Shown here: positions 12,601 to 25,067 of the stretch, piece by piece
How positions within the stretch are numbered: position 1 is the stretch's first letter
How the letters are laid out: each line of letters starts with the position of its first letter
From: Utricularia gibba
Taxonomy: Eukaryota > Plantae > Magnoliophyta
Length of the DNA: 64,000 nt
Direction of reading: 5' to 3'
NCBI GenBank assembly: GCA_002189035.1
Contig: NEEC01000002.1
Location: 5,518,001-5,582,000, forward strand
Translations under genes and position numbers: made by a program
Notes under the pieces: generated by a model
Databases searched by the model: none
Told to the model about the DNA's origin: nothing
The model's input: only the letters and a program-made list of their open reading frames with translations

Positions 12601-13251
12601 AAATGCTTTCTAAGAATAAGAGTGAGTGTTATATTGCACTGTATTTTGATGAAAAAATTTCCATTTGATGGTTCTTCTGAGTTACAATGGTTTTCTTGCA
12701 GGAGTACAGACCAGTCACTTCCCCTCCTGTGTATATCACTCCGCTTGATCTTGGCCCAAAGTACGCCGACAAGTTGGTCCTGGTGTTCATGAATACCGCA
12801 AGAAATATGCTGAGAATTACTGTTTAGGCCAACTGATATTTTGGCATAATCAAAATGCTGAGCCAGATGTGATTCTGGGAAAGTCCAGTAGAGGTTGCCT
12901 GTCGTTGCCTGAGATTGGCTCTTTCTACTCCAAAGGGTCAAGCCACTCACGTCAGCTCGTGTATGGTCCGAGGACAGTGAAATGCATGCTCGATAGAATG
13001 GTAAGTTGCTCATGTAATCGAATGCTTTTGTTCTCCCGAGTTAACCGAGTGTATTAATCACGCTCTGTTTACAGGAGAAGCAGCCCCAGAGAGCCTGGCC
13101 GAAGGATAGGATATGGTCATTCAAAAGCTCTCCTACAGTGATCGGCAGTCCGATGTTGGATGCCGTTTTATGCAGGGCCCCTATAGGGAGAGAGGTGGTA
13201 CAGTGGTTACGGCACAGACCCTCGATCTACCAGACGACGCGGGATAGGTGA
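3602..13251 (+). CDS. ATXR3: Histone-lysine N-methyltransferase ATXR3/SDG2 (H3K4me3); about 20 exons; three apparent 1-bp frameshifts as assembled
   Basis: Starts MGDGGVACAP; GYF-like WYYLD motifs; F-box-like region; SET core (YRKGLGVVCNK, VVDAMHKANYASRICHSCRPNCEAK, GEEVTFDYNSVTE); post-SET CLCGNQVCRGSYLNL; stop TGA 13249-13251. Exons: 3602-5664, 5944-6000, 6378-7463, 7699-8051, 8149-8643, 8732-8832, 9141-10188, 10274-10345, 10742-10852, 10977-11077, 11197-11296, 11376-11471, 11590-11757, 11838-11963, 12059-12112, 12194-12441, 12513-12621, 12702-13000, 13075-13251. Confidence 0.95.
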
Positions 13252-14399
13252 ATGCGTTCTTTCTGCAGCACAACCAATTCCAGTTTAGGGAGTTGTCACC
13301 TTCAGGGTTTATACGGTTGCATTAGATAGTCTGATTTTCATTAGATTTGATCAAGGGGTGATCAATGATATCTTCTGGTAGGTGAGAAACAATCAGTCTT
13401 GGGCGTTAGATCGAGGCCCGCAATTTGTGGTGTACAGTAGTTGTTTTTCATTCTTTTTGGGTTCATATGATGTGTAGCTCTTGCCTTCTTCACTCTTGAG
13501 GTCAAGGTATCATCATTTAGTTTGGGGAGAAGGAATGCGGCTCGCTGGCTTGGAAAAATGGCAGTGAAATTTCATTACAGGTGTAGTAGCATTAAGAACA
13601 CTTTTAGTAGGATTGTTAGAATTATTAATTTGGGTTCATGGAAACTGTAGTAGAAGGATTTGTTTATGAGAATTTAAAAGTGAAAGTTTATTAGATTAAT
13701 AATGTGAAGTACCAATTACACCCTCTTCATTACTTGATAATCTTAGGCAATGAACATTCTCTTCATTATACTAGTAACTCATCTCTAATTCAACATTAGA
13801 TTGAAGAGTTTTGGTGCCATTCGTTTGTGAAAATTTGCCCACAGCATGATGAAAGCAACAAATGTTATTTCTTGATTTTTTTTTAATTTCCATTTATGAT
13901 GCATGGTTGGAAGGGAGGGTGATGGAGTACATAAAATTATGTAATCCCTATTTTAATTTCATGTAGTGCAAATGTTATTTGTAGGGTCATGAGTTATTTT
14001 ATTCATTTTTAAACTATAGTCACTACAAATCTTGGTATGCTTTAAGGTTATAAAATACAATACTTATAGATAATGTAAATATAAAATTTTGATGCTTGAA
14101 ATAATATATGTTGTTAAATTCTTAATCGAATATATAATATAATCACCATTTACTTCATTGAACTTCAAGCAAGAATTGCAATTTTAATAAATAATAACAT
14201 CAACACAATAAAACTAGTCTCAAATTCACATATATGAAAAATTCGAGGTTGGCTTATGATCAAACTAGACCCAAATTGAATAGGTATTGATTAGAGAAAA
14301 ATAGCATTAATCTTCTTCACAACCTCACACAAAAATGGGAAATTGAACAAATGGATGTTTGTGTAATCAGAGTTATAGAATTTAAAAAAGATGACTTTT

Positions 14400-17300
14400 A
14401 GGTCCAAGTATCATAGGCAATCGAACAAATGGATCCATTGGTTAAGTGGCTTCAAATGTGCGTGGTATGATAAACTTAAAGAAACTTGGTAGTGATATAG
14501 GGGCGAGGGAATCTATTGGGTAAGATGCATTGAGTGTGGATGGGACAATGAATTCCATGAAACATGGCACTTACGGAGGGGCAAGGGATGTATTGAGTAA
14601 GGGGCTTCGAATGTGTGTGGGATGATAAACTCCGTGGAACTTGGCACGTTCGGAGGGCGAGGGCAGTGAAGGATTATGATCATGCTGCCATCGTAGAAGC
14701 CCTCCTAACATACGATGCAGATGTTAGGCTGCTCGTTTCATCAATGGCTTCATATTCAAGAATGCTCTTCAATGTCATGTTATACATTAGTTTCTTTTGA
14801 TACCCTTAGAGTAACTTTTCTAGATATTTTTCATGTCCACATTCATCTTTCATTGTGTGTCAATCAACCACATTTTCCTCTACAAAGGCATTATCCTCTG
14901 TCTCGTTTCTCCTCATCTCGATTGAAACAACTTCATGTCCTTTAATAATGGCCTTGTCGAGAACCTCTAGTTCTTTGGTGGAAGAATACTCTTCCTATAA
15001 GGAAATGACACATAGCACAAAAAGATTGAATCCATCAGGTAAGTGACTTCAAATGTGAGTGCTACGATGAACTCCAAGGAACTTGACACATACAGAAAGA
15101 CGATGAGATCAATTGGGTGAGGGGTTTTGAATGTGGGTAGAACAATCAATTTCATAAAACATGAGATGTACTGAGGCCAAGGGGATCCATAGGATAAGGG
15201 GCTTCAAATGTGGACGAGACAATGAACTCCATAGAGCCTTGCACGTATGGAAGGACGAGATGATCTATTGGTTCAGAAACTTCAAATATTGATGGGATGG
15301 TGAACTCCATGGAACTTGGCACATACAAAGGGGAGAGATGATCCACTGGGTAAGGGGCTTCGAATGTGGGTGGTATTATGAATCTCAAGAACCTAACATT
15401 TACAAAGGGGCGAGGTGATCTATCAAGTAAGATACTTTGAATATGGGTAGGACAATGAACTCTAAAACTTGGCACTTACAAAGGGACGAAGGGAGGTATC
15501 AGGTAAAGGGTTTCGAATGTGCATTAGACGATTAACTCTGTGGAACCTTGCACATATGAAGGGACGAGGGAATCAATCACGTAAGAGATTTTGAATGCGA
15601 ATGGGACGTTGAATTCCATAGAACTTAGCACATAATGAGGGATAAGAGGATCCATCAAGTAATGGGCTTTGAGTATGGATAAAACAATGAATTCTGTGGA
15701 ACTTGGCACATACGGAGTGGAGAGATGATTCATCAAGGGGCTTTGAACGTGGATAGGATGATGAACTCCATGGAACTTGGCATGTATGAAGGGGTGTTAA
15801 GTATCATTTTATTATTTATTATATATTATTATGTGTTAATCTAGTATTAAGTCGTCTAAATTAGGAGTTATATTCATAAGTATTTTATTTTATTAGAAAA
15901 ATCATATTTTTGTTATTTGTACATATTTTTGTTGTCTTTTCGTGTATATTCACCCAAAGTAGCAGGAGTCAGCCTTGGAGTGTTACAAGAGATTAGATAC
16001 TGACATTTCATGACTTGCACGTGACTTGGAGCAATTGTGGGCAGAAGACTGATACTAGTCAAAACCCTTGACTTATGACATACCAGAGTCTACATTAATA
16101 ATTGAGCACTTACTAGCATGCATGGGAAAGTTGGCTGCACATGCAAGACAGAAAGAATTACGAAAAGGGAGCAAAGGAAGTTAATGCATGTGGGAATAAA
16201 TTAAAGTAAAGTTAGATCACTTTGAATGGGGACCTTTTCGCACTTGCTTTTTTTCGCACTTGAACTTGTTCTTTCCTCTCCGTCAAAGGGAGGACGAACA
16301 CTTTATCTTTCTGTTTTCATGGTCATTCATGGCTAATCCTTTTTAGTTTATAGAAATATATGAATTTTCCTTCTAAGTCTTGAGCATCAATCTTGCTTGC
16401 TGAATTTCTTTCGGATTTCTCATATTTCTATGCATCAGGTTATAGCCTTTCTATAACCCTCTTAGTTACGATCTATGAGCAACAGGCCATTCCTTGCGGA
16501 TTTTGATGAAGACCAAGGTGAAGAGCACTATCTCCAACCCTTTGATTCAACCGAGATAGCGAATTGTTTGTCATCGGGATACCTTGGTAGTGGATGGGTA
16601 ATGACCTCATACCTGCCACTGGTCATTGATAACAGTTGGGCACACACATAGAATTCGGTTTTGAGAGCAACCGACAGCAATCTTCTTGTCATCTCATTCG
16701 TCCAAGGGGGAATCACATGAGGATATTCTTGTGCGCCATTGTCAGTCATAGTGTAAGGGAGAATAGGTTATTCCTTGCTCCTATAACCAGTTATTCGGAA
16801 GGAACCAGTGAAAGCCGAAATGAGGATAGACAAAGGAGGAAATAGAATCTCATTTTGAGGAACTGCTTCTCTTAGTGTAGGTCTATTACTTACGTTGTAT
16901 TTTGTATTTCAATAGTTTTCAAAACCTCTTTTACAAAATTGTGACAATTTGTAAAAGTTTAGCACAAAAGACTTTTCACAAAACTCAACTACATGAGATT
17001 GACACTCATACTACGCTTATTTATGTTTTATTTTTTCTAAATTAAATATGTTGAGGAAACATCACACAAGGGATGAGAAGATGCATAAGGTAAGAGGTTT
17101 TGAGTGTTAGTGGGACAATGAACTCTGTGGAACCTGGCACGTACAGAGGGATGAGAGGATCCATCAAGTAAGAGTCTTTGAATGTGAGTGAGACAATGAA
17201 CTTTGTGGAAGCTAGCATGTATGATGGTGTGAGGGGATCCTCGATAAGGGGCATCGAGTGTGGGTGGGATGATGAACTTCATGGAACTTGGTATATACGA

Positions 17301-17475
17301 AAGTGTGAGGGGATTCATTTGGTAAGGGGTTTCGAATGTGGGTAGAACGATGAACTCCATAGAACTTGGCATGTACGGAGGGGATGGAGGATCCAGAGGG
17401 TAAGCGGTTTTGAGTGTAAGTTGGACGATGAACTCCATAGAACTATGCATGTACGGAGAGTCAACGACATCCATC
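14400..17475. repeat. Diverged 78-bp tandem repeat array (roughly 18 units), interrupted at about 14670-15020 and 15795-17068
   Basis: The TGAACTCC-type motif recurs at 15223, 15301, 15379 and 15456. Approximate consensus GGATCCATCAGGTAAGGGGCTTCGAATGTGGGTGGGATGATGAACTCCATGGAACTTGGCACATACGGAGGGACGAGA. Confidence 0.9.
15795..17068 (+). mobile_element. Solo LTR (probably Ty3/gypsy type) inserted in the 78-bp array
   Basis: TGTTAAG...CACACA termini, flanked by AGGGG/AGGGA (4/5 TSD). Homologous along its length to 18124-19582. Confidence 0.8.
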
Positions 17476-18123
17476 GTAAAATGAAGTCTCCGATCGATAT
17501 CTTAAGGGATAGAAAAATGTCTCACTCTCTATTGACCACAATCAACGTGCCTACAATCAATAATGTCTCTATGGAATGATTGAGATAATCTGCATATTTC
17601 CATACTTAAATAAAGTTACTAAAATCAATTGTTTTATCTTTCTTATATGTAGTCTTTTCGATTTTATGCTAGAGACTCTTTTTCAGTTGCATAATTTTTG
17701 TTCTCTTTTCTCTTGATTGAGACATTATCATGGTATCAGAGTCTTTATCATGATGGATGGGTGTGATTCTGCCTTGCAAGCAGCGGCAGCCAAAACTGCC
17801 AAAAAGACATTAACTAATGTCTTTGAGAAAACTTTTCTAGCACTTTAGTCGCAAAATTTTGCCTTTGAACATTCAAAGATTTCACGTCATTCTTCAAATA
17901 TGTCTACCCTTCTTCCAAGAGATCATCCTGGAACTCTTTTGTCCACCATCAGATTGCGAGGGGACAACTATGATGAATGGGCTCAAGCAATGCATGCAGC
18001 ACTCAGTAAAGAAAAAATTTGGGTTTGTGGATGGATTCATCTCTGAACCTTCTGCTACTATATCAATGGAGAATTGGAGAAATTAAATTCAATAATGTTT
18101 TCATGGATTCTCAACACCATAGA

Positions 18124-19582
18124 TGTTAAGTGTCATTTTCTAGTTATTTATTAGGTATTATTATATGTTAATTATGTATTAAGTTACCCAATTAAGAATT
18201 ATATTGATAAGTAATTGATTTTACTTAGAAAAATCATATTTCCTATTTTGTATATATTTTCTATCTTTTTTCGTGCTCTTTGACCAAGACATGTCAGGAG
18301 ACTGTTGTGGAGTGTTGTAAGAGGCCATTCGATCGGTAACTCTGTTCTCGCACTCTAGGCTGCCTTTTTACTGGCTTTCCATAGTAGTACACTAGTGCAA
18401 GAAAAGTAGGTTTATAATGAGAAGGGTTTGAAGATGCTCTTTAGTGGCGGGACAGGCCGGAATGCGGTAGTTCATACTCTGACTTTTCGTGCCTTGTACG
18501 CGACTTGAAACGATTGTATGCGAAAGATTAACACTGGTTAAGGCCGCTGACTTACAGCATGTTAGAGTCTACAGCAATGATTGAGCGCTAACTTGCACGC
18601 AAAGGAAAGTTGCTGGCGCACGCAAGACAGAAGGAATGATGGGAAGGGGACCCAAAGGAGTTAATGCACGTGGGGAGTGATATAAAAGCCACTTGGAGCA
18701 CTTAGTTTCGGACTTTTGAACGGAGACTTTTGAACCTTTGTTGCTAGATTTAGAACTTTTGAGTTCTTCCTCCCCTCAAGGAGGAAGAACACTTAGTTTC
18801 CAATTTTGTTTCTATTTTCATGGCCCTTTATGGCTAAAACCCTTTAATTTTTGGAAGAAGATGAAGTTTCCTTCCAAGTCCTGAGCAATACACTCGGTTC
18901 TACGCTGAATTTATTTCGGATTTCGCATACTTTCACGCATCTTGTTGCAGTTTTTTTATAACGACTCCTAGTCAAGGTCCATGAGTAGCAGGCCACTCCT
19001 CATGGATTTTGGTGAAGATCAAGGTGAAGAGAACCAACTCCAACTTTGTCAATTCGAGGGAAGTAACAGATTGTTTGTGGCCTAGGTACCGTGACAGTGG
19101 ACATGTTGTGACCTCGGACTTGCCATTGGTCATTGGCAACAGTTGGGCACACGTGCGCATTTCGGTTTTGAAGGCAATCAAAGGCAATTCTCTTGTCTTC
19201 CTAATCGTTCAAGGGGGAATCATATGAGGCTATTCTCGTGCCTCCTTGTCAGTCAAAGTGTAAGGGAGAATAGACTATTCTTTGCTCCTATAACCAACTA
19301 TTCGGAAGAAATCAGTGAGAACCGAGGCAAGGATGGACAAAGAAAGGAGATGAAATCTCATTCCCAAGAACTGCGTCCCGTAGTCAAGGCTCATCACTTA
19401 GGTTGTAACTTTTATTTCTGCACCTCAAAAACCCTCTTTTGAAAAATTGTGACATTTTGTAAAAGTTCCTTAGAAAACACTTTTCACGAAAAAAAAGTCC
19501 CTAAGATCGATATTCACACTATGTTTTTTTGGTGTTTTACGTTTTAAATATTTAAAATTTGTTGAGGAAACAACACACAACA
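18124..19582 (+). mobile_element. Solo LTR of the same family as 15795-17068, inserted in the copia gag
   Basis: TGTTAAG...ACAACA termini with a perfect 5-bp TSD ATAGA. Removing it rejoins the gag reading WILNTIELDLR. Confidence 0.88.
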
Positions 19583-22268
19583 ATAGAGCTAGATCTTCGT
19601 TTATTGACAATCACAAATCTTGTGAAATTGTTATGAGATGATTTGCGACAAAGATTCCGCATCAGTAATCGACCACACATCCACCAAATCAAGCATGCAC
19701 TCGTAAATTATTGTGAAAGTAGGGAAAGTGTAGCAGTACTTTGGTCGTATGAAGAAACTCTGGGATGAGTATGTCCTTCTCGATGGCCTCCTGTCATGTA
19801 CTTATGCGAACTGCAAGTGTAATATAAGTCGTGCCTTCACTCAAAAAAGGGAGTAGAAGAAGATTCACTAGTTTCTTATGGGGTTCGATGATACGGTATT
19901 CTAAATTGTGTGCTCCCAAATCTTGGAAGTGGAACCATTGAGATCCTTCAACCAAATGTATAATCATATAATCTGGGAGGAGCAACATTGCAATATTAAA
20001 CAACATGATGAGCCAAGAGTCAATGTCGTGGCTCTGACAACACACCACTCTAATGGTCATCCCTCTTATTCAGTCAAAAGTGAAAAGCCATGTGACATTT
20101 GCGGTTTTCCTGGGCATGAGAAAGCTGGTTGTTTTGATGTAGGATATGTGGATTGGTAGGGAGACAAACCACGTTTTGCCCTTAATGATAGAAGTGGTCT
20201 AATGCAAATAGAGGGAGATGCTACATCATCCAGTACTGAAAACAGGGGCACCGCGATTGTAATATGTAAAAGGAAATCTATCTTAGAGGGAAAGGTGGAA
20301 ATTGAAGAAAACAGAATGACAGTCCTACAATCGAATATACCCCTGTTCAAGCAAATGCAGTCACAAGAATCGAACGTATTTCATTTACTCCTCTTATTTC
20401 TTTAATTAATGATGATAGGAAACATGTGACCTCTCTGAGTGTTATTTTCTCAATGGCGAAAATTATAGAAATTTTTGTCTCAAAAGGATGATAAAAAAAA
20501 ACTATCAAGTATATTTTTGTCTCATTGGATTTTGGACAATGAGGCATCTGATCCTATGATTGATCAACCTAATCTATTGACCGATTTGTGTGGTACACAT
20601 TCTTGCTCGATTACTATTTCTGATGATGGTCGAGAGGTCTCTAGCATATCTAGAATGGTGAATATTGGAGATGCTTTTGTCCTATACAATGTGTTTTACA
20701 TGCTCAATTTTAACTACAACTTGAATTCTTTCTATTTGTTGTTGCATGATCGACACTATCTTATTTCTCTATATGAATCTATTATCATTATTCAAGATTG
20801 AGTCTCGGACATGATAATTGGGATTGATGAGCTAGTCGGCCATGCTTATCGGCTCATTTTGGTGACATCTTCATTTGTAGGTTCTACGAATGTTGCAGTC
20901 AACCCAAACTTGTGGCTATCGGTCATCTTGGCTTTAGTGCATGATCACTTTGTCATCTTCAATATTTGTTGTTATTACAAATATCATCGAATTTCAAAAT
21001 TTTGATCCGTGTTTATCAATCATCCTGGCTATGGTATTCTAAATTTTCTCTATAGAATTTCCTTTTCTCATACTTTGGTACACGATCGCTTTGCCATTTG
21101 CGATATTTGTTGTTATTCCAAACATCATCGATTACATTATCATGTTTCTTCTAGCCATGTGAGTACCTCATTTGATTTAGTTCATTGTGATTTATGGAGT
21201 CCATTGCACATCCGCATCATGTGGGGCCAAGTATTTTCTTACATTTGTTAATGATCATTCCTAAGTCGTTTTCGTTTATCTATTAGTGGAGAAAACCAAG
21301 ATCTCTCTTATTCTTAGTTAGTTTTGTGCTATAATCTCTACCCAATTTTGTCACACCATCAAAGTTTTTCGAATTGATATTGGGACTGAATTCCACCCTT
21401 TGACCGGCTATTTTCAAGATAATGGTATCATTCAAAAATATTCTAATGTTTGGTACCCTATAGCAGAACATGCGTATGGAATGAAAACATCAATAAATTT
21501 TGAATGTGGCTCATGCCTTGCAGTTTCAAGCCTATTTACCTAGGCATTTTTAGAAGTAATATGTCCTCACTATAGTTTATCTCATCAATCGCAACCCATC
21601 TATGCTACTCCGTGGCTGTAGTCCGTTTGAAATATTGTATAATTAGCCTACTACTATGACTCACTTGTAGGTCTTCATGTGCCTTGCATATGTTTCTCAT
21701 ATATCCAAAGATTCAAACAAATTTGGTGCTCACAGTTACAATTGTATCTTTCTGGGCTTCTACTAAGGTTAAATATTTGAAATTCTTAAATCTTGATTCA
21801 CATGCTATCTTTCACTCAGATGATACTTTTCAATGAATCCTCTTTTCCATCTCATTCTAGCTTCGTTGATAGGGGGAGTGAGGCAGCTATTGAACCATCT
21901 TGTTTGAACCCCAATGTTACTCCTCATATGACCACCGACGAGCCCGATGGAACCTACGGGCCAATCTACCTTCTATCCAACACAAGCCAGACTCTCATCA
22001 TCTTCAGGCCCTACTTTGGGCCCTAATGGACCAACTGACCTATCTGTTGCTTTTGAACTAGATGAGATTTCTCTAGAAATCGTTACTACAACCACTGTTG
22101 ATGAAAGCTTGGCAAGTGATGTACCACTCATGAAAGCCCTACCTATGCCAATTGAACTAGTGTGGCACAGCGATTGGCAATGTAATGGCCATAGTCAACA
22201 AATTTAACAGCTGGCTCTATGGAAGGATTGAGACTCAATTGCTTTGTGGGGGAGTATTGGCCACAAAT

Positions 22269-25067
22269 TAGGGATATTATGGTGAAAGAACAATTCATTT
22301 TCGAATCGTGTTTGATTCGATTAAAATCGTTTATTTTCTATTAAATAGTATAATTGAACAAATACGAACAAAATTTATGTTCGATTACTTAAATGAACGA
22401 ACATAAACGAACAATTGAACATAATCAAACATAATTGAATATATTTAATTATATATATATAAGTTATTAATTATGTAATAAATAACATAACAAATATTAA
22501 ATTAAAAAAACTCTCCCCTTACCCTCCAACCCTAGCGCACGACACCCCCCATTCTAATCCCTTCCATTCAATCAAATACCCCAACATATATTGTTTATAA
22601 ATGAAGATTGATGAGGTGATGTGATGATTATTCATTTTTTTTTTGATTTTGTAGTATATTAAACCGATTAGTATAATCGACGACTTTATTATCTATCAAT
22701 GTTTTACTCTATTCTTTCAATTCGAAAAAACATGCTCTGATGCATATATACTTTAACTTTTTCGTTTCTCATTTATTCATTATTTTTATAGTGATATGAT
22801 TACGAATTTCTTCAATTGAAGAAGAGGAAGAGAATCCGAAAGGAATAGAAGTAGAAAAGCCTTTTGAAAAAGAAAAAGAAAGAAGACATCTAAAGTATGG
22901 GAGGCAATGAAGGAAGTTATTAGTGAAAATGACTCAAAGATTGCAAAATGCACATTATGCAAACAACAATTTAATCTGCTAGCATGTGGAACAATAACTT
23001 AGTTGCATAGACACTTGAAAGATTGTGCTCCAAGACATGAATGCATGGTTCAAAGCAAAAATTTACATCAACAGGTGCTGTCTTTTTCTAGTGATGGTAT
23101 CTTTAATCTCTTATCTTTTAATTATGATCATGCTAAAGTGAGGGAACTTGCTACTCATATGATTCTTGCTCATAAATATCCTTTTAAGAGGATGGAGCAT
23201 GTGGTTTTTAACAAGTTCTTGAATGCAATTTCCCTATTTTATGTTAAGATTATTAGACAAGAAGTAAAAAATGATTGTCATGCTATAAATAAATTGGAAA
23301 AAAGCAAGTTGAAGATATTGTTGAAGGATGTTGAGAGAATTTCTATTACAACTGATTTGTGGTAATCTGGTCAGAAATTGCAATATATGGTTTTAATATG
23401 ATATTTTTTGGATCATAATTGGAGCTTACAAAAACGTGTGTTGAATTTTTGCAATGTGCCACCTCCCCATATAGGAGTTATTATTGCAGATGCTCTGATG
23501 AATTGTTTTACTGATTGGGGATTGAAAATAAAGTATGCAATATCACCGTTGATAATACTGTTTATAATGATGTATGCATACGGATGTTCAAAGAGAGTTT
23601 TTTGGTGGGAAAGAATTTTTCTATTAAAGGTTAGTTATTTCATGTTCGTTGTTGTGCTCATATATTAAATCTTTTGATATAAGATGGTTTGAATGATATT
23701 GATGATGTTGAATATATTAGAGATGGACTCAAATATTTGAATAGTTTAGAGGCTCGTTTGATATAATTTGGAAAAATAAAAAAAATGTTACAATTGCCTA
23801 TCAAAAAATTTGAATTGCCCTATTTGACTTGAAAGTTAAAGATGTGATTATGAGATATAAAAAAAGAAATATTGGTTTTCGTTATGTTCATACTACTGAT
23901 GATTGGTTGCAAGTGCAGCAAGTATGTGATTTTTTTTACTTGTTTTTATGTGTTAACGAACATTATTTCAACTTTAGATTACCCAACCTCTAATCTTTTT
24001 TTCACAGAGCTTTGTAGATTGAAAGAACGTTTGGTTGAGAAAAGTTTAGATCTAATGCTCGTGTAAGGGCTATGGCTTTCAGTATGAGTTTGAAATTTGA
24101 TAAGTATTGGGGTGAATGCTATATGGTAATAGCATTAGGAGTAGTTTTAAATCCTATATTCAAATTGGAGCTGTTGGAATTTACTTTTCCAATATTAGAT
24201 GAGGAGGATAAGACACATGAGAACATTGAGGAAGTCAAGAAAGTATTGACTGATTTATATAATAAGTATGCACTGTTTTATACGCCATCTCAGTCTACTC
24301 AAGTACAAACTTATCTACTTGTCAGATGATACTATCCCTTGTGATCTTAGTGATGCTAATGTTGCATCAAAGTTTGATATTTTGAATTGGTGGAAAATAA
24401 ATAGTGTGAAATATTATATCTTAACCAACATTGAAATACATATTTTGGTTATTTCTATGACATATATTGCATCATAAGCTACTTTCTTGGTGGTCGAGTT
24501 ATTGATGATTTTCAATCAAATTTATCAACTTAAACTTGTGAAATATTACTTTGTGCTAGTGATTGGGTGAAATGAATTCATGGAATAAAGAAATCTACAC
24601 GTGTAAGTAATCTTACTTTGCATATTTACTTCAATATATTTAAATTTTTTGTTTAATAACAATTATATTTTTGTGAAGCAAGTCGGACTTCAATGAGAAC
24701 AATAGAGTTGCTATAGCAGCACAAGTGTTGGAGCAAATACAGAACAAGAAGAAGAACAAGAATATGATACTTATATTTCATTTTCAGAATAAATATTAGT
24801 TCATTTTGTTTGTTATTTATTTTATAAAAAAATATGAATAATAATAACCTTTTATATTTAAATTTGAATTTTATAAATATATTTCTAATTTTAAATTAAT
24901 TTTGAATATAAAAAATTATAATAATTTATAAATTTATCTTTATTCGTGAACGTTTGTGAATGTGAATATTAAATAAACGAACATGAATAAAAATCTTGTT
25001 CGATTAACTTAAATAAATGAACATGAACATAGATGTTTGTGTTCGTTCGTTAGATATAACATCACTA
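22269..25067 (+). mobile_element. Decayed hAT DNA transposon inserted in the copia 3' LTR
   Basis: Imperfect TIRs TAGGGATATTAT / ATAACATCACTA; AACGAAC subterminal repeats; BED finger (KCTLCK..HRHLKDC); SITTDLW; YWGEC..VLNP; C-terminal DILNWWK dimerisation motif; degenerate TSD GCCACAA(A)T/GCCGCAAT. Confidence 0.88.

Noticed and set aside
14400-17475. Tandem array as a CRISPR-like locus
   Set aside because: Units are contiguous with no unique spacers, there are no cas genes, and the context is a eukaryotic genome.
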